The position numbers and the translations under genes are program-made. The notes beneath the pieces were generated by a model. The model did not search any database, was not told where the DNA came from, and was given only the letters and a program-made list of their open reading frames with translations. DNA of 64,000 nt, taken from Proteromonas lacertae (lineage: Eukaryota). The stretch covers positions 1 to 64,000 of the forward strand of contig NGBS01001184.1 in assembly GCA_002245135.1 (NCBI GenBank). Reading direction: 5' to 3'. Below are positions 37,046 through 50,743 of this stretch, one piece after another. How positions within the stretch are numbered: position 1 is the stretch's first letter; every line of letters begins with the position of its first letter.

Positions 37046-38826
37046 CTAATGACTATCCATCTTATCTGCTTCAGCTATCAACAATTCATTAAATCTTCTA
37101 TTCAATCCTTTAACACTCTTCACATTACCAATTACATCATTCTTATTGTTTTCATTTATATTATTCTTTTTACCTGAACTTAGTGCATTTTCATATCTTT
37201 TCACTTTTTCACAAAGCAAAGATAATTGTTGAGGAGTTAATGGTCCATCTACAAAAATACTCTATATATTAATACAAATATAAAACATATATAAATACTC
37301 TATTTTTATTCATTTTCTTAGTTGTAGTAGCAGCTGATGTAACTGGTGTTATTGTTGTTGTTGTTGTTGTTGTTGTATTAAATGATATATTATTACTATT
37401 ATTATCTTCAATTATAGAAGGACTGTTGTTTGAAATTATACTTGTATCATTATAATTATTACTTACAGTTTTGACTTTCTTTAATGTATTGGTTTTATTC
37501 GTTTTTAATGTTGGAATTCTTCTAGTTTTTTTATAAAAGATATAATAATATACGATGGAGATGAATATTTGTTTTTAGGTTCAGATGTTCTATTTCAATA
37601 TATAATATTAATATTATACTTGGATCTTCTAATTACTCTGTTTACTAAATCGCTTTTAACTTTTCTTTCATTTTTAATCTCTTTATTATTATTATGAATA
37701 TTATTCCTTTCAATATTCATTTCTTTTTCTTTTTCTTCTTTCAATTTTTTAATTATTTCATCTTTTTCTCTCAATTGTACATTCAATAATTCATTCTTTT
37801 CTATTAATTGTATGTTCTTCTTCTTCTCACTCTTTATCTCTTCTTTACACTTACTTAATTCATCTTCCAATTTGCTAATTTGATTTTTATATTTCTCTTC
37901 AAATTCAATCATTTTCTTGTTCAATTCCTTCTCTTTTTCATTTAATATTTCTTCTTTTATCATATCTCTAACTGGTTGATATTTTAATATTTGATTTGTT
38001 GATGGTCTTTTAGCTGGATCTTTCTCCAACATTTTCATTATCAGAAATCTAATTGCATTACTATAATGGCTTGGTATAGGTTTGGGATCATTGTGTACTA
38101 TCTTATTAGCTAATGCAATTTGATTGGATGCTATGAATGGTGGTTCTAATGCACACATTTCATATAAAAGTACACCAAATGACCAGATATCAGATTTTTC
38201 ATCATATTTTCTTTCTTCACATACTTCTGGTGAGAAATAAAGAGGTGTACCTACGACAGTATTAGCGAAATGAGATTGAGAACTTAATACCCTTCCTAAA
38301 CCAAAATCACCTATCTTAACACTTCCATTTTTCTCCAGGAATATATTTTGACTTTTTATATCTCTATGTAGTATGTTCTTACCGTGTATGTAATTTAATC
38401 CTTTTGTAACTTGAAGTAGGATTTCCCATATCCTAGATTCATCGAATGGATAGTGTATTTGCGATCTATTTTCTATTTTTCTACCCAAATCGCCATCATC
38501 TGAATAAGACATGACGATATTCAAGTTTTCATTTTCAATAAAACTTTCGTAGTATGTTATAATATTTGGATGTGATAACTATATAATAATAGATATATAA
38601 TAGATTGAGTAATACTTTACTCATAACTGTAGCTTCATTGAGAGTTTCATTTTGTTCTTTTCTAGATAAACCATGCAATTTAACACTTTTTAATACTAAT
38701 ACTAACCCATCTTTCTTTCTACGAACTTTATTAACCTAATCGATAAACTGATAACCATTTAATATATACTTGTCCATAAGTGCCACTGCCAAGGTTTTCT
38801 AATATTTGATAATCTTTAATGGACAT
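37046..38826 (-). CDS. NEK (NIMA-related) protein kinase with coiled-coil tail
   Basis: 'GSGTYG', 'LVLKS', 'HRDIKSQNIFL', 'KIGDFG', 'VGTPLYFSPE', 'YDEKSDIWS.G'. Confidence 0.93.
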
Positions 38827-38908
38827 TCTAAAGAATAATTATGTAGAAAAGTGAGAGGCAAATTTAAAAAAATCGAACGATATTCAAGCTTATACAATTA
38901 TTTCAATC

Positions 38909-40074
38909 ATGAATTTAAGAGACAAATTGAGAGAAATTTCAAATCTACCAATTGAATCTTTGTCAGAAGAATATAAATCACTTCTACAAGAATCTATAGA
39001 TCAGAAAGACATCGCTGTTCAATTTTGTTGTTTAAAGAACATAGCTAGAATATATAATTTTATTGTATGTTTTGATTATGTAATTTTATACATAGGGAGA
39101 TACAAAATCTGCTATTTCATTTATGTTGAGAGCATATTCAATATCAAACAAATATCAGTACAATTCATCAGAATTAGGACAAATACACATAGCTATATGT
39201 CGAATGTTAGAGAAAATTTATCAAAAGATTAATGATCGGACAAATTCAACTAAATACTCAAATGAAGCTTGGGAACAAGAGAAGTATTTATTGCAAGATA
39301 TGGGTTATCATGATCCAGAGATTCGAAGAGTTTTATAAATACCATCATTCTAACTATATTAACCAAAAAGAAGATAAAAATGATAATCACCAATTAGAAC
39401 AAACAGAAACACAACCACCAATACATCAAAATAAAGAAAATAATTCTTTAGAAAATAATAAAAACCAGAAGAAAACAAAGAATAAGAATAAGAAGAATAA
39501 CAAAAAGGATAAAACACCAATATCATTCAATGATCAGATGAGTTTAGAAAAGAAAGTATATTTATTAGGATATGCTGCAAAAAGAGGTAAAAGATCGTTG
39601 GTTCAACAATATTTAGAAGATGGAATAGATCCTAACTTAAAGAATCCAGTGACTGGTTATACACCATTGCATTATGCTTGTTGGAATAATTTTTATGATA
39701 TTGTGGAGTTATTACTACAATATGGTGCTAATCCACTGATTAAGAACAATGAAGGTGAGAATTCACTTGAGACTGCCAGAGTTACTAAGAATAAGAAATT
39801 AATTGAATTATTAGATAATAAGATAATAGATATTGAAGAAAATGAAGTAGATAATGGAAATGTCGTTGATCATTCAAAATCGATTTTAAAAATACCAAAT
39901 ATACCTAAATTAGATGTAACAAAAGAAGAAGAAACGATATTAGAGAGAAAAGAAGGGGTGAAAACAAATTTGAAGAGAAATGATGAAAATGATGAAGATA
40001 TAGTTGTGGAAATAGTAAATAACATGGAAGAAGATGTAGAGAATGCAATTAATATGTATAATTCTTTAATTTAA
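38909..40074 (+). CDS. TPR-like + ankyrin-repeat protein (apparent frameshift ~39320)
   Basis: 'GYTPLHYACWNNFYDIVELLLQYGANP' ankyrin repeats; helical N-terminal exons; one intron. Confidence 0.75.
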
Positions 40075-40609
40075 TATGTCTTTTGTAATTTCTACTGTTT
40101 TATACTATCTACAAATGTAAATATATTCACATAATGCAATAGTAACTGTACTATAATCTATATAACTTAATTTGCAAGCGAATAAAGGAAGAACAATCTC
40201 AAATGTATTTGTTATTATAAATATTTAATAGTATTATTTGTAGTATTTGCTGTCAAATATAACATTATATAATATCAGCTGGTTAGATCATTCAATTTAA
40301 CATTTATTATTTTCTTTCTTGGAAGATTTATAATTTTCACTTCATTCATTCCATAGAATCTTATCAAAACGTCTATATGAATTCTTGTCTTTAATGATTC
40401 TATTTATATCTATGATTTGATCATTATGTACTTGTTCTAATATAGTTAAAACGTTATAGTATCTTGATTTCCTTTTATAAAGCATTCTTTTGATTTTGAC
40501 ATTGAGAAACTCTACAGAAGAGGTGTTATATCTTCCAAATATACACCTCTAAATGCAATTTAAGTGAATTATGAATATGCATCTAAACATATCAATATCT
40601 CTACATCTT

Positions 40610-40790
40610 ATTTGATTTATTTTGAAGCTTTTAGTGGTTGACCTTAAATAGTTTTTTATACTTTTATTTATTGATATGTCTAGAGGCTGCAAGACTGGTG
40701 TATAGCGAGGAGGAACTATTATTATAATTATATGATTATTTTATCACTTCTTCCAGCTATGTCTGTCGATAAGGTAAAATCATTAAGTCA
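40610..40790 (-). mobile_element. Degraded pogo/Tigger-type (DDE_1) transposase fragment
   Basis: Minus strand encodes 'VPPRYTPVLQPLDISINKSIKNYLR', matching the DDE_1 'PP..T..LQPLD..N..K..LR' motif; flanked by stops. Confidence 0.6.
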
Positions 40791-41114
40791 TCCACGCTTT
40801 TTGACTAATCTTGAAATTTTTTAACATCTAATTAGCGATTTAAATAATTTAATAATTATTTGGAATTTAAAAATATAGTCGTTACATTGTAGTGATGAAT
40901 AGTGATAATGGAGTGATTTAATAACATAATATGTCTGTTGCAATTATTTATGTGTATGAAGCAGATAAAAAAAAACATATGTGATAGTTTAATAACTAAT
41001 CTCTATTTTCTCAATTCTGCTAAAGTATATTCATAAACAAACAAAATATAATCACGAAAAATAAATATACTTTATCTTATTCTTCCCATTATTTTATACT
41101 ATTACTATTATTAT

Positions 41115-44100
41115 CTAAGATTCTAATCCAGGATCATAATAATGCTCCTTATATATATCATCTAATGTTTTCTGTGGAGATAAATCTGACAATATCTGTA
41201 CAAACGATGATTTTATTTGATAAGGCAATTCTTCCCACTGTTTCATCCAAATATCAATTATAAATATAGTCGTTGATTCATTATTCTCTAAAAACTTCAA
41301 AAATGGACCTTCTAAAAGATAATTCAATGCAGCTTTCTGTGCCTTATCAAATATAAATGGATTCTTTGTTTTTAACTTCTTCTGTACCTCTGTTCTTATA
41401 TTATTTGATAAATATGGAAGATGAGTAAATCCTCCATATATTACATAAAATCTGTAAATTAGATCTTCATTATTGTCAAAATCCTCATCATTCTTATCTC
41501 TTATACGATGTTTCTCAACTTGGTTATAAAACTCAACACTATTTAAATAATAATAGTAATAATAATAATATATACTATCCCTGTTCATCTCTTGTTTTAA
41601 GAAAATTAAACAATATTCCATTCAATATTGGATTCTTAAGATATTCTGTTAATACTTCAATGGAATGTCCTTTTTGTTTTGTGTCTCTTATACCCATTAA
41701 TACTTGAATAGTCTATATTTTTAAATATATAAATATATATATACTTTAATGATATAATATGGAGCAAATGCCAATAAAAATCCAGAATATTGTACAATAT
41801 AATACCAATTAGTGTATGTAATATCACATTTGTTCTTAAACCATTGTGTTTCTAGTAGAAATGTAATATATGGAAATAAGAATGTCATTATCATTGTATA
41901 ACATATATAATATTCTTCAGATGATCGATCGATCTTCGATATAAATAATCTAATCGATTGTGCAAATATCAATGTCAATTCCATCAACTATATTACATAA
42001 TATAATATAATTTAAAAAATATATATATACAAATATTATATTTACAGTATAAAACGGAATATAATATTTACAATGATAACATTTTCCAACATAAATTTCA
42101 TTATATTGAATATTAAATGTGTTAGTAATACCATCATTATAGAAATAATATAAAAATATTATTATAATGGTATAAATTAAAGGTATTATCAAATACAAAT
42201 TCATAGACATTGGGAAGTTTTTACCATGATTTCTTCTAACTAAATATCTCGTAGATTGGAATAAAAATGAAATTCCAAACAAATGACTAACTGTGATGAA
42301 GAAATGGTGTAAAAAACAGATAGAATTATCACCTTTATAAAAACACATTATTAGCATATGAATTATTCCAAGTATTACTGATATTAAACTGTATTTGAAC
42401 ATAGGAGGATGTGTGAACATTTGAGGACGCCTATTTATATAATAATAATGAAGAATAAAGAATAAGATATATACTTTCCAAGTTTGAAATAAAATACAAT
42501 GATATAAACCATCATCAATACTAGCAATGCAATTATAACTATCAAATAATAAAGTACTACAGATTCAGGCTTCTTTTCTTACAAAAACAAAATTAAAGAA
42601 ATATATTTGTAATAGAATAGAGAATATTATATATATAAAAAAGATATAATCAATGTCCATTTCCATGAAGATGGATATACCATTGGACAACCACTTTTAC
42701 CAGTTATATAATCAATATTACAATTATCCAACCATTCTGGTCCTATAATAGTTGAAACATTATTATTGGTATTCTGTACAACTAACAAGGACTTAGCTAT
42801 ATTAAATCCATTATTATTATCTAATCGAATATCACCATAGAATGTAGTCCAAGGAAAACATATTTGTTTTAAGATATTACCAACGCAATCATCATTAGTA
42901 GAACAGATGGATGGATTTCCAACAATCACATTATTTACTATGGAAGTACCACATATACCAAACTTAAAAACTATTTCAAATAAACATATAATAATATATA
43001 ATATATATATATATATATAATATATATATACATGATGTAAATTGTTTGAACAATTCCTTATTGTGAGGTATATGTGTGACACTCATTTCTTCATTCTTAT
43101 CTGTAGCATATTCTATACCCCTTTGAACTAATATACCATTAGCTGAACTGGTTGATATTATATCTAAAAACATATATGATTGAGAGAATAATTCCTCAAT
43201 ATTCTGTGGTAAGCCATACAATGCTTTATATTCATCTAACTTTGAATATAAATATGTAAAATATTCTTCAGTTGTACCCATATACAAATCATTTGTTCCA
43301 GTTGAATATGACTTATGTATGTTATGATAAGTAATCCAATTTGGATTATCCACAATCACATGATTCACTGAATAATAAACAGCAGTTCCTGGGCTGAATC
43401 TATACTTCTCCATTAACATTAAACTTTTAGTATAATACTCACCTTCCAAGTAATTGATAAATATATTCACATTTTGGTGTTGAAAATATTTTATCCAATT
43501 TGATATATATTTGGTGGAAGTTATACTATCTGTATCACTCTATTCATAATAATAAATAAAGTTATACAAATGGTATTGTTGGCATTTCACATGTTTCACC
43601 TTCAGGACAATCTTCATCCACTTCACAATTACTTTCATTTACATCATATATCACATTTGAACATCGTCTAATTATATATACCTTATGTTTATTAGGAATT
43701 AGATAATTATTCATTAAATATTCCCAATCGTGAGCTAATGGATTTAAATTTTTATGATACAACACTCCCACTTTAATTATATTATTATCACTCTTAGTTG
43801 TTTGAGATTCAAAATCAATATGAAAATCAATAACTTTAAGATAATTTGTGGTAATTGTATCAGATGATGGTAAAGCTGATTTAACAAATGCATATTCTTT
43901 ATCATTCTCTACTGAATAATATTGAGATGGTAAAACCATTATATTACATCCATATGAAGTGTTTGATTTTCCTGAAGAAAAAGATTCATCGAAATATGAT
44001 ATGAGATGAATTATTTTATCTGTTATAACTGTATCATAGGAAGTGAATAGGAAATTTGGTTTGTTCTTTTCTCGAGTACAAATTGACTGGATTGTACCTT

Positions 44101-44555
44101 CTAAATAAGATGCATCTTTTGTACTAGGATCATATTCTGTTTTTAGATCAAGAATCTCTATCTTCACTTTAACTTTTCTATAAAAATAAAAATGTTTAAT
44201 AGATTGAATTTATATACCTTTCATCATTTACACACTCAAAATGTGGGAAATATACACCATGAGCACAAATACCACCATCTTTGTTGATCCAATCAGCCCA
44301 CAACTGCCATCCAATTGCGTTAAATGTATCTAATATAAATAATACAATTATACCCAATGAGTCTGGCTGTGATTTAGTATTAATCAACCCAAGTATCCTA
44401 ACATACTCTACATCGTTTGCAAGACCAGGATCACTGTTATTATAATATTCTGATATAGAATAACATTTAGAAAACTATTACACTATAATATAAGCTAATA
44501 CATATAGAAATAGAAGAAATATTAAATGTTTTGAATGTTTATATATGTGTGTCAT
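41115..44555 (-). CDS. Receptor: periplasmic-binding-protein-like ectodomain + multi-TM + C-terminal RGS domain
   Basis: Hydrophobic N-terminus; 'GWQLWADWINKDGGI..KVKIEILD' (type-1 PBP-like); ~7 hydrophobic segments; RGS-like 'FNFLKTRDEQGYVEFYNQVE..IYRFYV..IFDKAQKAALNYLLEGPFLKFL'; multiple introns. Confidence 0.72.
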
Positions 44556-44901
44556 TGTAGTAATTGTATTCAGTGATTCAATAATATATCATTGAAAATA
44601 AATTGAAAAACGAAAATAAACACTCAAGCCTAACTTAAATGTTTGAATGGGATAAGAAGGATATGTAAACCGTGCAGTCATGTAATGATAGTTTTATTTG
44701 TATGATGAAAACGAACATTGAAAGATATTGTTGTTTATATTATGTAATATTTATGATCAGCATTAAAAGTTGGATTTATTCCTTATATTTGAAGATATTC
44801 TTATGCAGTTCATTTAGCAGAAACAGATAATAGAGTAACTCAACATATGTTAAATCTTCCCAACAACATCAACACTAATATATATATAGCGAAATGAATA
44901 A

Positions 44902-45206
44902 TTACAAAAACTCTTCTTTACCACCTCTTTCTGCATTATCATGTACCTAAAAGAATATTAAGATAATCATACTAACTCATGATGACAAACACGGTAAATA
45001 CAGTATGGAATAATAACTAAACCAACAGCGATGCTTACTACGTGTTTTCTATTCCATGTCCAACGTTTGTAGATATTCTCTTTCAAGCCGTTATACTCTT
45101 CAATGTACTCGTTAGTATGTGTTGATCTACGAATAACACCAGATGAACGAGCAAGGGCTGGTACTCTTCTTGATAGTTTTGACACTGAACGTAAGGCGAA
45201 TGACAT
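44902..45206 (-). CDS. NDUFB4: Complex I subunit B15-like (plant/protist type)
   Basis: Presequence then 'NEYIEEYNGLKENIYKRWTWNRK..IAVGLVIIPYCIY..EL..D..GG...FL*'. Confidence 0.75.
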
Positions 45207-45261
45207 TTTATAAACTAAAAAACCTTTTGAAAATAGTTTGGCTTGATTCTTATTTTTAAAA

Positions 45262-47390
45262 ATGTTAAATACTTCATTATCACAAAGATATATAAGGAGA
45301 ACATTATGCAAATCCTTTTCTACATACAATTACAGTGTTATAGAGAAGAAATGGAAAGATAGAGTTATAAATCCCAAATCCCCAACACAGAATGGAAAGA
45401 ATTTCTATGTATTATCTATGTTCCCTTATCCATCTGGTAAATTGCATTTAGGTCATACAAGAGTGTATTTATTCTCATTTTTTGATATTTTAGTTATTCG
45501 ACATGTGATGTAATAGCAAGATACTATCGTCAGAAAGGATATAAAGTGAAAAATCCAATTGGATGGGATTCATTTGGTTTGCCAGCTGAAAATGCAGCAA
45601 TATCTCACAATATATCACCAGAAAAATGGACAAATAGTAATATTAAAGTAATGAGAGATGGATTATATGAAATGGGTATATCATTCGATTATGATGATGA
45701 AATTATGACTTCATCTCCTCTCTACTACCACTGGACACAATGGCTATTTATACAATTATTCAAAAATGGATTAGCCTATCAAAAAGAAGGAATAGTAAAC
45801 TGGGATCCAGTTGATAAGACAGTATTAGCTGATGAACAAGTCGATGAAGAAGGCAGATCGTGGAGATCAGGAGCATTGATTGAAAAGAAATCTCAAATGC
45901 AATGGTACTTCAGTATAACGAAATATGCAAGTCGATTGAAAAATGATTTAGAAAAACTGAAAGAATGGCCTGAAATAGTAAAAAATATACAAAAAGGATG
46001 GATTGGTGAAAGTAAAGGAGCTAATATCAAGTTCAAGTTCACAGGAAGTGAAAAAGATTTCATTACTGTTTATACTACAAGATTAGACACATTATATGGA
46101 GTTACCTTCATTGCAATTTCACCTTATCATCCTTATGTAGATTATATATTAAAAACACATGATAGAGATACTAAGAGATTGATATATGATATAAGAAATA
46201 GTATTTCAACTGATAGTGGAATGCAATTAAAAGGATATAAAACTCCATCAACATTATTAAATCCAATTACAAGTATATCTTTATATATTATATATTTGTT
46301 GTTTTTTAAATATATAGATGAAGAAATACCATTATATATTGCTAATTATGTTGTCGATACATATGCTACTCAAGCAATAATGGGATGTCCAGGACATGAT
46401 CTGAGAGATTATGAATTTGCCAAATTATACAATATACCTATTAAAACAGTAGTGAAAGGAAATAAAATACCACAACCTAATGAAGGAATATTGACAAACA
46501 GTGGTGAATATACAAGTATAATGTTATTAATTATTAATAGATTTAACTTCAAAAGAAGCCAAGAAAAGAATGATGAAAGAATTAGTTAACAAGAATTTAG
46601 GTGAATCTAAAATAAAGTATATAATATATATATATATATATATTAAATGTTTTGTATAGTTATCGTTTACATGATTGGTCAGTTTCTCGTCAAAGATATT
46701 GGGGTGTACCAATTCCCATTGTTCATTGTCACAACTGTGGAGCAGTTCCAGTTCCAGAGAGTGAATTACCATTATTATTACCAAATCTGTTCAAAGATCA
46801 AGATATCAATACATTGAAGAATAGAAGTCCATTACATACTGAAAAATGGAGAAAAACAAAGTGTCCAAAATGTGGTGGTGATGCTTTCAGAGATACTGAC
46901 ACTTTAGACACATTTGTTGATTCATCTTGGTATTATTTACGATATCATAGTTCACATGATGAAAATCAAATATTTGATAGTAAAATAGCTAATAAATGTG
47001 GAGCAGTGAATATATATATTGGTGGAATTGAACATGCTTATCAACACTTATTATATTCCAGATTTATACATAAATTCTTGTATGATTTGAAATTGATAAA
47101 TTTTGATGAACCTTTTTTGAAGTTACTTACTCCAGGTATTCTTCGATCTACTTCTTATAAATCAAAATCTACTGGATTATATTTAAGTCCATCCTCAGCT
47201 AGTGCAATAAGTAAAGATGACTTAATAATCCAAATGGAAAAGATGTCTAAATCTAAACTGAATGGTATTAAACCAAAGTTAATAATCAGTCAATATGGTG
47301 TGGATGTATTGAGATTGTCAATATTATTCGCTGCTCCAATTGATAGAGTATTAGATTGGCAACCACAAATACCATTATCACAAGTATAAA

Positions 47391-47424
<34 letters not shown>

Positions 47425-48055
47425 ATAATTATTATTATAGTTGAGATGGTTGAATAAAATAAATGAATTAGTAGAAAGTGTAAAGAAAGAAAGAGAAGAA
47501 ATTAAAAATAAAAAGAAGAATAACACAATGCTTTTAGCTGAAAAATATAAATTAGAAACAATTAAGAATGAGACTATTAAAACAGTTACTGATTATTTCG
47601 AAATGCAATCATTTCATACTGCTATTGCTAGTTTAATGAAATATTTTAATAATTTGGTTGATTTGAAAAAGTATTGTTCCACTGATGAATATGTTGATGC
47701 TTTAAAGATATTTTTCCAATTATTATATCCATTAGCTCCACATATTTCATTAGAAATGTTTAATCAGTTGAAAAATGTTTCTGATAAAGAAGTAGATGAG
47801 ATTGTATATTTTAATATATATATTTATATACTATAATAGAGTTGGCCTAAGAGTAAAAAACTTTTAACAAAGTTAATACTTGTTGAATTGAATGGTAAAG
47901 TGAAGTATAGTGAAAAATGTAATGAAAATTTGAGTAATGAAGAGTATGTAAATAAATATGAAAGTAAAATAAGTAAAGATGTTGAAGGAAAGGAAAAGAA
48001 AGTGATGGTAATACACAAATTGAATAAGGTGATAATTAATTATATTATTCATTAA
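45262..48055 (+). CDS. LARS2: Mitochondrial (bacterial-type) leucyl-tRNA synthetase
   Basis: 'MFPYPSGKLHLGH', 'GWDSFGLPAENAA', 'DWSVSRQRYWGVPIP', 'DTLDTFVDSSWYY', 'KMSKS'; presequence. Confidence 0.95.
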
Positions 48056-49460
48056 CTATTTAATATTGAAGAATTTTTTTGATAATTCTTTCTTTTCTTT
48101 TTCAGATATTCCATCCAATTTGATTATTCTATCAATTGATAAAAATGTTTCTAAAAATGATTTTAATTCTGATTTATTCATATCTTGTTTTACTGTTATT
48201 GATAATTCTTCTAAACAATCAAAGATTTCTTCATTTTCTTTCATTAATCTTAATTCTCTATCATCTAACACATTTCCTGATAAATTGAGATTCCATAATG
48301 GTTTATAATCTTTTAATCTTTCTATTAACATTTTCAATCCTTTTTCACTCATGCCAATATCTAATTAAATAACATAATCATAATATACTGCATAAATTAT
48401 CATACTCAAACATATAAAAATATTTACATATTATCTCAATTCCTTCATCTCCAATTGGATTATTAAATATTGATATATGCTTTGATTCTTCTGATGATAA
48501 AGATTCTGCTAATTCTCTCAATCCTTTGGAAGTAATATTATTATTAGACAAATCAAGATATTCGTAATCAATCTGTTTAATTAATAAAATATGAGAATCA
48601 TTAATATTTAAATCTATTTCAATTTATATATGTAATAAATACTTGAAAAATCATAATCTAAACTATAATCACATCTTTTCTTTTTAACACAATAATCCAA
48701 ATAATATTCCAATTCTTCATTTGTCCATGATGAACATTTCATTTGAATAAATGGATTGCATTGATACAAACCTATTGAAAATGATTTTGTACAAATTGAT
48801 TTCAATCCATTCATTCTGATGTTATTTTCATTTAGAAATATTCTGTTATACATTTTTATTGAATCAATTCTATAATTATTGGATAATAATTCTACACTTT
48901 TATCGTCTATTGAGATGTTACTCAAATCTACCAATTGACCAAATCGCACTTTTCTCATTACACTCTAATCCTTTCAATTCTTCTGGGCTTGAAAAGTACC
49001 TATCATATATTTGCATTTCCTCCTCTCTTCTTAGCTTGTTTAAGAATAAATCACATAACTTTATGCTATTATCTTCTTCATATATTACGTTACTACTTTT
49101 CAAATTACTAATCATTATATCATATTCATTCAATATCATCAAAGCATCACATATTGAACTTATCATATTATAAATATCACCGTTAGATAAGAATTTACTC
49201 TGGATTATCTCTTCTAAATCTCTGAAATAATATTCTCTTGATATTATCACATATTTACTATAACTAATCATCTGTAAACTTTTAGAAGGAAAGACAAAGG
49301 ATTTACAATAATCTAACACTAATGAGAGATTCTCTGAGAATTTCAATACCTTCTTTTCTTTTATTTCACCCAAATTTAGTACCTTCACCACTTTAATATC
49401 ATTCTCATGTTGAACCACCAATTTTACTTCATTATCTCCTTTTTCTACCCTTTCTTTTAT
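48056..49460 (-). CDS. Degenerate kinase-like domain fused to leucine-rich repeats; 5' end uncertain
   Basis: 'ISNLKSSNV', 'IKLCDLF', 'YFSSPEE', 'EKSAIWSI', followed by RNI-like LRRs ('LDLSNNNITSKGL', 'LNLSGNVLDD'). Confidence 0.6.
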
Positions 49461-49663
49461 CTAAAATATAAACATTTAAAAATATCTCTGATTCAGAGGG
49501 TAATATTGACGATAACACTTTGGATATGTAAGATTTTAAGCAAAACATTTTCAAACTTGTTTGATTATCTAAAATAATAACCGTTTTATATCATTTTAAA
49601 ACGACTATATTTATAATTAATTTTAAACATAAAAATCATTAAATAATATAACATTCAACAAAA

Positions 49664-50652
49664 TTATGAAGTAATAAATGCTAACTTCTCTGCAACCATC
49701 AACTGAGTCTTTGTCAAATTAGATAAATACACAACCATCAACAAATCTTGTATACTATTCTTGTATGAGGTCTTAAACTCATCTAAGTTAATTCTTGGTA
49801 TAGCATTCAACGCATCAATTATTTCTCTACCAATTTCCTCATCACCTTGAATTTCGTGATTATTCACCTTCTTTACATATGTCAAACATTCATCTAATAA
49901 TTTCTTAATCTATTAATATGTTAATATTAATAATATACTTTTTCAATACTAATTTGTAACACTTCCCTTATATTCATAATTTCTTCTTTTGCTACCATAG
50001 TTTCACTTTTCTCATCATCTCTAATCATGGCATCTACAGCTAAAACTTCAGATAAATCCTGACTAAAGGAAATTTCAAGTTGATGGAATTGAACTCCAAG
50101 TGATTTTTGATTGAGTAAAAGTGGTCTGGATATATATGATTTAATATTAAGCTTATCTGACGTTAATGTAGTATCAACAACTAATATCAACTATATACAA
50201 ATAGAAATTAATAACAAAAAAAGTATACAGAAGAAGGAAATCGTTTTTCATAGTACTCATGGATTGAACATGATTGAATTGATAAATGTTGAGCAGAATT
50301 TCCTGTTGTAAACCAACCGATTACTTGTTCTTTTGGATTAACTTTTAAATGCATTTGTTCCATCTGTTCTGCATAATCTTTTGGAAATACAAACACCTTG
50401 TATAATATAAATGAATAAAGAATTATACTCCATCTACTTCTCTAGCAGGTACTGCAAAACAATTTCTTATTTCATATACATCATCACTATAATAGCCTAA
50501 TAATGTACCTACATGAATATCAGAGTAAAATATATACCAAATGCTCGATCTCTATCAGTTCCTCTACGAATATGATAGTCTAATATAGAGAATATAACAG
50601 ATGGGCTTAAAATCACTTTAGGGTGCTTATTAATGATATTAGAACTTGACAT
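49664..50652 (-). CDS. EIF3F: Translation initiation factor eIF3 subunit F
   Basis: 'PSVIFSILDYHIRR..GTLLG..RNCFAVP..KVNPKEQVIGWF', 'IGREIIDAL..IQDLLMVVYLSNLTKTQL..AEKL'. Confidence 0.88.
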
Positions 50653-50743
50653 TTCTATCAAAATGCAAAAAGAGGCTTGAATAATTACAAGCTATTTTCT
50701 TTTTCTTTTTTATCTTTTCTCTTAATCAATACAGTATTTGTAT

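Noticed and set aside
40625..40800. Long hairpin / SRP-like RNA on + strand
   Set aside because: No SRP helix-8 motif, and the region is better explained as a transposase remnant on the - strand.
44640..44870. snR30/U17-like H/ACA snoRNA (ATATTCTTA resembles the m1 motif)
   Set aside because: No matching m2 motif or properly placed ACA box; too weak.
49461..49520. Non-canonical GA-AG intron at the 5' end of the kinase-LRR gene
   Set aside because: A canonical 58-nt GT-AG alternative also restores the frame; undecidable without cDNA.
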